Below, in pieces: positions 11,234 through 21,254 of a stretch of DNA of 64,000 bases (position 1 is the stretch's first letter; each line of letters starts with the position of its first letter). Position numbers and translations under genes: made by a program. Origin of the DNA: Psammoneis japonica (Eukaryota). The stretch is from assembly GCA_008632985.1 (NCBI GenBank), contig QPGO01000042.1, positions 434,001 through 498,000 of the forward strand, in the 5' to 3' direction. The notes under the pieces are model-generated. The model saw nothing but the letters and a program-made list of their open reading frames with translations, was not told where the DNA came from and did not search any database.

Positions 11234-13345
11234 CAACATGTTCCAGCTGAGTGCCAATCACATTGAAAATGTGGCGCTGTGAATGGAGTCAACAACAGGA
11301 CCAGTGGCCCTTGGATCACATTGTTGCACCATTGACTCCAATCAAGTGACAGCCACAGCAATGCATCAAAACCAAAAGAATGCAACCCACTCAATCTTCT
11401 TCTCAAGAGGTTTGAAATCCTTTTGAAAAGTTCCTTGGACAAATGAGTGTGGGAAGAACCAGTGGATCTCACCGTGAAAAATCTGACACAATTCTACAAT
11501 GCGTGAGAACCTTCTCCCACCACAGTCTTTGGTGGCATCCATTTGAAAGAAATTTTTCCAATTGTGAAAGATTGGAGTTTTAAAAATGAAGTTGCTCAGC
11601 ATGGGTTGCTCTGAGACTCATTGTCAAAGGAAAAAGGGTCAAGTTTGACCTTGTCCAACTCTCAGAAGCTCAGCAAAAGGTTCGCACACATGGTGAGCCC
11701 TTTGCTCAACATTCAGCATTTTGTCACCTTTGTAAAAAAAAATTGAACAGACATTCACACAACCAGAAAAGCCACTTTGAAGGCAGACAACCAAAAGTCC
11801 TTCACCGCTTGGCTTGAAACAAACCATCAAGACTTCCACACATGATGGTGTGCACCCAACTGCAAAGAAAATGGAGGCAACTCAGGTGATCACAACACTG
11901 AAAAAAAAAAAAAACAAAGAACATTGCAACATCTTGTCTCAACACACATCGCTGATGTCAAGACATGCAGCCTCAATGATCTCACACACTTCAAGCCAAA
12001 TCCACCTCAACGAAGGTCAAGTGCGGAACAAAAATCTCCAAAAACATGCAGTGCATCATGTCAAAAACTGCACCACCATCATGCCTGAAATTTGGCACTC
12101 ACATCACAACGGAAAAAGAGCTTCTGTCCATGGTGGAAACACTTGGGAAATTCCGGAATGCACTGTTTGGCCAACACTTTGACGTGTGATCTCCTGCACA
12201 CTTCAAGCCAAATGCACCTCAATGAAGGTCAAGTGCAGAACAAAAGTCTCCAAGAACATGGAGTGCATCTCAGTTTGGTTTTGCCGTGTTTTTGAACAAA
12301 AATCCAGGGGATTGCCACCTTTTACCCTGTTTTTCTGTGGAAAGGGTGAATTCCCAGGGAGTTGCCACAAGCTGCCCTTCATCACATGTGCGCTCAATGC
12401 ACGAATAAAAAACAACACATTGGCAATTCCCCGTGCTTCCCCTCTCATACATTTCTGCATGTTCTGCATGCCAGCACGTGCGGAGCCACACATCAGATGC
12501 ACAAATCAACAACCGAACAACGCAGCAAAAATGGGCAACACGCCATGGAGCATTTGCACCCCATTTGTGACGGCTTTTGTCAAACAATGATGACACTGGT
12601 CAATCCAGTGAACAACATTGTGATCGACAGCACAAAATGTAAAATGAGCAGAAGCTTGGCCGATTGCGCTCAGAAAACTGGTGTGTTGATGGATCGTTGC
12701 ACTCACTCTTTTGTTGTGAGGCCACAAATGTGAGCCACGCGGCATCCATGGTGAAGTCCAAGGCAAAAGCAGAACCATGCATGGCTGATAAAAACATGAT
12801 GGATTGAATGGTCTTGCTCAATTTTCCAATTGACACATCTTGTGCGCAGAATGAAGCAAATCATTTAGAGTCACTTTGACGTTGTGCAGCTGCAAATGCA
12901 AACCATGAGGCACCTGGAGTGAAGGCTGAGGAAAAAGCAGAGCCTCACAAGGCTGCTAAAAAAATGGTGGATTGAGTGGTCATGCTCATTCTTTCCTTTG
13001 ACCTGTCTTGTGTGCAGAACACAGTGTGCCATGTGTTCCTTCTTGACAGAATTCTAAGAAGAATTAAAGGTGCATGTCACTCTCTGGCTGAAACATGTGT
13101 GACCATGTACAAAAAGCCTGTCAGTTTGAAGAAAGCGGTAAATGGTTTAGTCGGTAACCGGTTATAAGAGGACCTAGGTTCGATTCCTGGGTATCGCAAT
13201 TTTTCAGGTTGATGGGTCGGATTTAATCGAGTTGGTCAATCTTGTTTAAATCCTGTCATGGTGCGAGGACCGTTGATGATTTGAACCTAGGTGTGTGTGC
13301 TCCTTCAAGATGACTCTAAAACTGAGGAGAGGCTGCGGTGAGACA
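11234..13345 (+). repeat. 2.1-kb direct repeat, copy 2
   Basis: Matches 4834-6945. Confidence 0.95.
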
Positions 13346-13759
13346 GACCGACGATGCACATAGTGCTCTTATTAGGGATGCCGAGGCCGGAATGGCCGCC
13401 CAATTATCAGTTCGCCGGGGAGGTCATGACATGTGCAGAAAAATGTGGCCCAGGTAGAAGGGGAGCTGTGAGAAGTATCATTGTCCAAAGAAAGGAACGT
13501 CAGACAGCTTCGTGACGTCAGACAGCTTCGTGACATATGGGGAGTGACAGAATTCTAAGAAGAATTAAAGGTGTATGTCACTCTCTGGCTGAAACATGTG
13601 TGACTATGTACAAAAAGCCTGTCAGTTTGAAGAAAGCGGTAAATGGTTTAGTCGGTAACCGGTTATAAGAGGACCTAGGTTCGATTCCTGGGTATCGCAA
13701 TTTTTCAGGTTGATGGGTCGGATTTAATCGAGTTGGTCAATCTTGTTTAAATCCTGTCA
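13044..13759 (+). mobile_element. TRIM (non-autonomous miniature LTR retrotransposon), 716 bp
   Basis: 215-bp LTRs at 13044-13258 and 13545-13759 (TGACAG..CTGTCA, 2 mismatches). PBS TGGTGCGAGGACCG at 13259, PPT GGGGAG at 13539-13544, 286-bp non-coding interior with an 18-bp tandem repeat at 13498-13533. Confidence 0.92.
13135..13204 (+). ncRNA. tRNA-like Pol III cassette inside the TRIM LTR (also 6735-6804 and 13636-13705)
   Basis: A-box TGGTTTAGTCGG (13143-13154), B-box GGTTCGATTCC (13177-13187) inside T-arm CTAGG-TTCGATT-CCTGG, acceptor stem GCGGTA/TATCGC plus discriminator A, then a T5 terminator. No canonical anticodon arm. Confidence 0.7.
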
Positions 13760-13761
13760 AA

Positions 13762-14037
13762 TGATAGAAATTGAAGGCAAATGGCAAGAATTCAAACAAC
13801 AACTCCTTACTGCTGTCTAAATAGCAGATGAGTCTCCGCTCAGAGACCGTCACAGGAGCCGAAGGACATGTAAGTCGGTATAATCGGGCTACTGTCATTA
13901 TTCTTGTGAGCCTTGTGGCTCGAAAGCAAACTGCATCGCGCGTGAACGCGCGGAACTGAAGCACACAAAACTGTGCACGGCAAACCAAACAGCACTCGAT
14001 GCTTCGCGCGCACCTGAATCCTGCTCAAATCCTGTCA
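13762..14037 (-). repeat. Copia 3' LTR (276 bp)
   Basis: Aligns with 20595-20853 with 17 substitutions and one 17-bp indel. Confidence 0.95.
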
Positions 14038-14059
14038 CTCCCCAGTTTGCTTGAGGAGC

Positions 14060-17000
14060 CACAGAAACAGATTTGACTTCGGATGGAATGAAGTTCCAGA
14101 ACATGAGGGGGCGGAGAAGGTCCCAGATTTGGGAGCAATTCAGTGCTTGCTGAGAATGTCAGCAGGGTTGCGGGAGCCTTCGATGAAGTGGAGCTCAAGG
14201 TGACCAGAGGCAATTGCCTCACGCACACGGTGGAACGACAGTGCGGTGTGTCGCTTGCGCAACTTGGAGTGCGGGATGGTGGCGCTGTCTGCAGCCGACT
14301 TGTTGTCACCGAACATGCAACCAACATTGCGAGCCGGGACGCCAAGGCAGTGCAGGGTGATGCGCAGGTCGACAATCTGCTCAACACAAGTCCTTGCGGC
14401 AACAAATTCAGACCCGTGGGTCACAGTCTCCACGGTGGCTTGTTTCTCAGAGAACCAATCAGCCGGGAATTTGTTGAGGAAGTGGAGCATTCCCATGACA
14501 GAGCGTCCGGTGAGCATGCAATGGCGCAAGTTTGCATCGATGCAGTGGGTGGCAGCAGCGAACTTGCCAAGGGGCGGCAGAGCGTCCTTCGGGATCATCT
14601 CTTCTGCTTCGCCGTGCACGGAACGCATCCACTCACAGGCCGGAGCAGGGAGATCCGAGTGGCCGGGCTCTTCCGTGCGAACGCGGAGAGCGCCGTGTCG
14701 CATCTTGGAGAGGTGCCCACAGACGCGCTTGGCACGATCCAAGTGGCCTTGACGGGGCGCAGCTCGGAAGCCAGAGAGTGACATGACGGCCGTGGCAATG
14801 TCAACTCGACCAAGGGACACTGCCCATTGGAGTGAACCAACAAGAGACTGGAGCTTGTGGATGCCATCGGGTCCCAGCAGTTCGGAAGTGTCCAGCTCGG
14901 GGTGGCCACCCTTCTCTAGAGGTGACAGGGCGTTGGTGGTGGGTTTCTCCCCAAACAGTCGGGCACAGCTGTCGACCATGCGCTCGATGTGCTTGCGCGG
15001 AGACAGGCACAAGGTTCCGTCGGGTTCCCGGGAAAAGTCGCAACCCAGATGGAACTCAATGGGTCCCGCACCCTTGAGCTTGAACTTGTGCTTTTCCGTG
15101 AGGGTGTCGACGAAAGATTGAGGGTCCTTCATGGCAATGGCGAGGTCACCCACACAAACGGCAATGCACTCACAGTGGTCGCCGTTCCTGCGCATCCAAA
15201 TGTCGGGTTCGGCGCGGCAGGGGAAGAAGCCTTCAGCTCGCAGGCAGTCGGCGAAGCGCTCGTGCCAGCGGAGACCGGAGCTGCGCAGTCCATGCAGTGC
15301 CTTGTGGATGACAAGGATGTGTCCTTCGAGTTTGCCGAACTTGGGTCCAGCTGCAATGTAAAGCTTCTCCTTGGTGGTGGCTTCAAGGCAGGCATTGCCA
15401 ATGTCGGTGGCCCATGTCTCCAACTCGTTGAGTTCGGCCAGGAAAATCATCAGCCGAAGGCCACGGAGGGAGACTGCTCCGGAGCAGACACTGTCGACAG
15501 GCACGTCCGTGAGGTGCCCGTCGGCTGCGAGTCATGCCTTGTGGCGACCGTCGTGTTTCATGTCGCACACCAGGTGCACTCGGATCTTCTTGTGCCCCGC
15601 AGGAGGAGTGGAAGACTTGAAGGGCCCGCAGTCATGGAAGACTTCGCACTCGTCGAGTTGGTCCATCTCGAGATCAGTTGCGTCTCCCCACTTGCGGTTG
15701 CCGTTGCGTTCGTCCAGTGACATGGCGTGTTTGCAGTTCCGGGGAACTTCGCATCCATGCTTGCAGCGAGGTGCAGTGCGGAAGGAGCGAAGCTTGGCTT
15801 GGTTGGCCATGCGAAACAGCTTCTTTTGGCGCCTCGCGATGGTGCGGAACCGCTTCCAGCCATCCGTGTCGAGGAGTCCGTTCTCTCGTGCATGGATGGC
15901 ACAGGTGACGGGGTCGTCCTTGGCGATGATGGCAAGAGGCTCGGACGTGATCTCCCCACTTTCCCGTTCAAGCATGATGTTGTAGCTGGAGCCTTTCCAG
16001 GTTGGGTCGTGAGGCTTCAGAGGTCCTTCGTGTGACACGATGCGTCGAAATTTCCAAACAGCAGTGTCTTCGTCTTCTTGCTCAATGTGATTCATGATGT
16101 CATTGTGGGCAAGGACTTCCTCGCATTCATCATTGTTGACAGAGCAGACGAACTCAGTGAGCTTGGGATTGCCGCTCACTTTCCATTCGTGGTCTTCGAC
16201 GGCCTTGACGATGCGAGCTCTGTGGCGTTGTCCGTCCTCTTGTGGCTGCATGAGGAAGGTGCGTCCAATGATGTCTTGCGGATCGAAAACTGGCATCTTG
16301 GGTGTCCTGATCTCCCCATCAGGAGAGTCGACGGGGTTGTCGTCATGGCGAGATTTGATGATGGGTTCAGGTGGCTCCCCATCAGGAGGATCAAGACGCA
16401 GGTTTCGGACGGCAGGATCGGGGGCAGCGGAGCGGACGTTGGACCGGCAGAGGATCTTCTGATTCTGGTCAGATAGAATCTTGAAGGTCATCTGGTGGCC
16501 GACGTGCTCAGCAATGCCAACGAAGCGTCCACGCAACTCACGGGATTCGGACGGCCAATCGGAGTCATCGAGGTGGAAGCACACGGGTTCCCACCAGTGA
16601 AAGCGAAGCAATGGGCTGATGTCCGGGGTGGAGCCAGTGAGAGTCTCAAGGGGCGTGCGCCAGTGGAGACGTGGGGACGCTGCATGGTTGAGTGTGAAGC
16701 ACACGTGCATGAGCGCCAGCAGCCATGCATGGGCGGGCGAACCAAAACGATCCATGACAGTGTTCGCCATGTGCTTCACGGTCTGGTGTCGACGCTCGGC
16801 AAAGTTTTGGTGTTGCTGGTGAGGCTCACTTTGCCAGCTAGAGATGAAGAGGGCGCGTGGGATCCCGAGCACTTTGTTGCTGATCTCAACTTGAGCACGG
16901 TCGCTAATGAGTTTGGATGGGGCACCACGTTCACGGATCTGATCCTCGAGTGTGTTGACAAACTCTTTGTCCGTCTTGGTGCCGTAGACGTCAGTGACGG

Positions 17001-19653
17001 TAGACTCGGTGCCAACAAACAGCTGGGGACTGGTGCAACCAGAGTCGACGGCCGGGGTGTCGGCACAAACGGTGTCAGTGGCGATGGGCTCGTTGCGGCG
17101 GTGCACATCAAGGGCGGGGTTGGGTGATTTGCAGGCCTTGCGAAGGTGTGCACCGGCGGGCATGCGGGCGCACTGCATGGTGCAGTCAAAAGTACGACGG
17201 ACCGTGTCGGCAGGTGGGAAGCCAAAGCAAGGCCGAAGAGACTCGAAGGGGGGGTCCTTGGGCTGCACAGTGCGCGCCGGAGGTGGAACATCATCGCCCT
17301 GGGGGCCAATCGCATGCAGATGACACTCGTGGAACACGTCGTCGTTCGGAATGAGGTGATCATCGAGGGCGGACGCGTGATCGGCAGACAAGGAAGCGGA
17401 CATGATGGTCTCGTTGACAACGACACGATGACGGCAGTTGCCGCATTCGTCAAACAGGTTGGCAGTGGGATCGTCCTGCAGGTCAGAGATCGCGTCGCAC
17501 CACTGGTCGTCGTCAGTGACAGAGTGATCAAGGACGGAAGGGTCCCATGTGTCATCACCGGTGAGGATGACATGGGGCAGGGTGTCCCATTCGGCGTCAG
17601 TGCAAGGTCGCATGGCAACACAAGGCAGGCCAGCCTTGATGTCAATGGGGATGACATAGCCATCAGGAGTGGCAACATGTTGCAAGCCGTTGGGCACCTT
17701 GACAGAGCGATCGTTGACATCCTGTTTGCACCATTCGAGCTGGCCGCAGGAATGGATGGTCTTGCCCTTGCCCGTGCATGCGCGCTGATGGAGCATGGCG
17801 ATGACGGGACCACGCTGGGTCTCAATGACGGCACCAGCGGTGACAATGGGGATGTCCACCAATTGATGATCGTCAATGCCCTGAACGTCGACTTGGCGAG
17901 AGGTGCGTGCAATGACGCGAACGTCGTCGCCAGCAATGCCGCCGTTGGCCCCACGATCGACTAGAGCGCCAGTGCGTGTGGAGCGATGAGCAGAAGCAGA
18001 GCAAATGACATTGTGGTTGTCAACGCGGCGGTGAGTGCGACCGTCAAGTTCTGTGTCATCTGCAGAAGCTGGCGGGGTAGAGGAAGCGGCGGATGGCCCC
18101 GGTCGACTGGCATTGGGGGCTTGGTTAGGAGACAACAGACGTTGCAGATCACCGGGTGGCAGTGGCTTGCGCTTGGTGAGGTGCGCCAGGATGGGATCAT
18201 CTGAAGTGGCGTCCACATGTGGAGCGGAGTCACCAGAGTCAGCAGGAGTCGTGTTGGACAAGTTGACATCACCGTCACTCCCAAGGCGTTGGTCGTGAAG
18301 GTTGGCCGCAACAGACTCATGGCAGTTGCTGGCTCGCGGGTTGCGGGGAGGTGGACGAGAATGCTCAAGGATGATCGCCTTGGAGGAATCGGGCAACGAA
18401 TCCCAGAGCCGTTGGTGGTCGGGAGGGAGACGTCTCCATTGGACACCGGTGAGGCTGGGACCACGGGTGCAGGCAGCATTGGCTTGAAGGACGTCAACGT
18501 CGCTGTCAATGTCGCAGAACACATCGTCGGACGGTTCCTCGGAGCAGACGTCGTGTGCACATGTGGCGCGTCGGGGAGCTCGAGGTGTCGTCTTGGGTTG
18601 AAACGTGCTGTCGTGCTGAGCTGCGGCGGAGAGGAGCAAGCCACAGCATTGATCGCATGTGAGGCTCTTGCCACTCTGCGCACGATGCTGATCAGCTTGG
18701 TTCTTGACAGCACGGAGTTCCTCGACAGGGTGCACGGCATTCTCGAGCATGACGCGCTTCTGTCCTTCAGAGAAGTGGTCACTGGCCGGGATGAGTGCCT
18801 CGTGCTTGCGCAACTGATCTTGCCAATGAAGGATGAACCCGTGGGTCGGACCTTTCCAAGTGCCATCACCAAGACGCGCGGTGGTGAGGTGCGTGAGCAG
18901 GGTGGAGGACTCGACAGATGCGCGGGTGGAGGCAAGCGCGTGCTCAGACAAGGAGCGGCAGACGGTCTGTGCGTCAGAAGACCCCACATTTTCGCGAATG
19001 AGAGCCTTGCCCTTGTCGGTGAGAAGGATGCGTTCGAAGACGGCGAACATGTGCTTTTGCTGTTCAGCAAAGAGCAGTTTGTCTTCGGGGCTGGTCGGTT
19101 CATACGACGAGTCTAGAATGCACTCGATGTCTTGGGCACGGGCTTGTGCCACAAGTGAGGTGTGCCAAGTGTGCCACTGCTTGTCGGATTTGAGAGCCGT
19201 GAAAGCGGTGGGATCACGCTTGATGCCTCGCTTGAAGTCCCACACCGGGTCGCGTGCCTTGGTCGGGTTGGTGACATGTGGAGGTGCAAGGGGTGAGCTG
19301 CCGATGGACACAGAAGACATGCAGTCGGGGCTGAGGCGGTGGGCAAGGAACTCGTCATGCGTGAACAAAGAGGAGTCATTGGCAACGTCAAGACCTTTGT
19401 GTGCTTTGACAATGTACAGACTGACTGATGCTGCTAACATGTTCTTGTAACCACGGGGCAAAGGGATTGCATTGGTGCCGTTGTCGCACTCAAGCGAGTC
19501 TGTTTGGGACGGCATGAACGTGAACAGTTCCTGACATGAGTCCATGCCGTCTTGGGCCAAAGCCAAATGAAGAGGACTCCCAGCACCTTGGGCAAGCACG
19601 GTTCCAACCACGTGCTCGAAACCATCGGTTTGTTGCTGACGAGTGAGAACCAT
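14060..19653 (-). pseudogene. Copia gag-pol polyprotein pseudogene
   Basis: PR LVDRGANGG; IN ..ISDRAQVE..QNFAERR; RT HLVCDMKHDGRHKA*, KALHGLRSSG, CVGD (for YVDD); RNase H DANL..TGRS..GSEFVAAR..FGDN..NPADILSKH. TGA (from CGA) at ~15532 and a frameshift at ~14140. Confidence 0.93.
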
Positions 19654-20576
19654 GGCAGACAAAGGTGGTGTCAGGACAATCAATTCTGGTTGGGAAGCGA
19701 AGGTAGACTCGAAACTTGGGTGAGAATAGACTTGACTTGAAATGGACTTGACTTGAAATCTTGAACCATCTTAAAATCAGAAGTCGCCGGGCTTTGTCAC
19801 CCCGTTCGTTGTCAAGTGCTAAACTTCCTGTCCGGTCCGCAGAGTTGTGCCGGCACGTCCGAACCCGCAGCTGGTGGCGCTTTGGGTTGCTTGCGAGCGG
19901 AGCAGCGGGTTGCAAACCCCTGCAGGTAAGCTGACCAGAGGTGGACAAGACCCCCGAACCGTTCTCATTTTATGTCGGTTGGATTTCCCGATCAGGCTGG
20001 CCAGTTGACGCAGGCATCAGGCGCTGTGGACGAACGAACAAACGCGGGAAAGCACCCTCGCCCCAACGTAGGCTGCAATCACGGCTGCCTGCTCTCACAG
20101 TCATCCTCGTGGACCTAGCAGAACTGTGGAGCACCAGCAGTCCGGGGTAGATCAGGTGCAATGGACTCGGTGTGCTTGTAGAGTGGTGGCAAAACCGCAG
20201 TCCGAAGAGTGGATAAAGGTTCTTGGCCGTGAAGATATGTATATATATATATATGTCTTCAGCGACTAAGATCCTTGAATATGTAGGGTTCTTGACCGTT
20301 AACCGAGGAATAGGTATATCAAGGGATGTTGATCAAGGATAGACTTGGATATGACCGTTGAACATAAGTCTTCAGCGATCAAAGGTAGCACAATCAATCC
20401 AGATATCCAGCGGTAAGGAGACTTGACGGTGACGTTAACTTCCTGCCGATGCCCTGGTATTGAATGCGCGTAGACTTGCCGATGTATGTAGAATATATAC
20501 GGAGGTCCACGTAGAATTGAAATAGCGTCGTTGGTAAATCAACGACGACGATGGCGGTTGCTCAATGGGTTGACAA

Positions 20577-20594
20577 TGAGCAAGACTGTTAATC
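20577..20594 (-). promoter_or_regulatory. Putative primer-binding site complementary to an internal tRNA-Asn anticodon arm
   Basis: Element strand reads GATTAACAGTCTTGCTCA directly after the 5' LTR, with no TGG. Its complement contains GACTGTTAATC, a tRNA-Asn(GUU) anticodon arm sequence. Confidence 0.5.
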
Positions 20595-20853
20595 TGATAG
20601 AAATTGAAGGCAAATGGCAAGAATTCAAACAACAACTCCTTGCTGCTGTCTAAATGGCAGATGAGTCTCCACTCAGAGACCGTCACAGGAGCCGAAGGAC
20701 GTGCAAGTCGGTGTGATCGGGCTGCTGTCATTGTTCTTGTGAGCCTTGTGGCTCGAAAGCAAACTACATCACTAAAGCACACAAAACTGTGCACGGTAAA
20801 CTAAACAGCGCGCGATGCTTCGCGCGCACCTAAATCCTGTTCAAATCCTGTCA
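20595..20853 (-). repeat. Copia 5' LTR (259 bp)
   Basis: TGATAG..TGTCA on the + strand, followed by the TSD CTTCT. Confidence 0.95.
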
Positions 20854-21254
20854 CTTCTTGTGTGGTGTGGACACAAATGCAAACCACAATGGCGCTGGAG
20901 CAAAGGACAAGGCAAAAATAGAGCCTCACACAAGCAACATTGACGTGGCTGATTTAAAGGCAATGTTTCTTCTTTCCTTGCTCTGCCACAAGGGGGCAAT
21001 TCATGGCTTGGGATAAAAGCACACCCGCCTGACTGCAATTGCCACAGATTGCCGCACTCCATTTGCTTTTTGTTCCCCTCCCCTGAGCCCTTTCAGGCTT
21101 TCCTTCCTGAAACATTACCCTCATTTCCTGGGATTCCATCAAAAGGGCAAGGTGACTCCCCCTCACCCTGGCCATTTTGGGGAATCCCCAAATGGGCAAA
21201 ACCAAGCTGAGGAGTGCATCGTGTCAAAAACTGCACCACCATCATGCCTGAAAT

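Larger units (their letters stand above)
13762..20853 (-). mobile_element. Full-length Ty1/copia LTR retrotransposon (diatom CoDi-like), mutationally inactivated
   Basis: LTRs at 20595-20853 and 13762-14037 (TG..CA), PPT GGGGAG beside the 3' LTR, gag-PR-IN-RT-RH order. Confidence 0.95.

Noticed and set aside
11209..11472. N-terminal extension of the 849-aa ORF (MRSTGSSH...)
   Set aside because: It lies in the repeat (same peptide in the 4338-5072 ORF); the TTC27 start is most likely the ATG at 11208.
13135..13198. Canonical tRNA gene
   Set aside because: Only 64 nt, no proper anticodon stem-loop, and embedded in an LTR; reported as a tRNA-like cassette.
14060..19653. ADAR-type RNA editing or a variant genetic code
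   Set aside because: Changes occur on both strands, differ between the two LTRs and affect MITEs and pseudogenes; adjacent genes use Tyr codons normally.
13762..20853. Classical RIP (CpA>TpA) as the cause of the TA/TG differences
   Set aside because: RIP would enrich TA and create TAA/TAG stops; here TA is lost and conserved Tyr codons become Cys/His.
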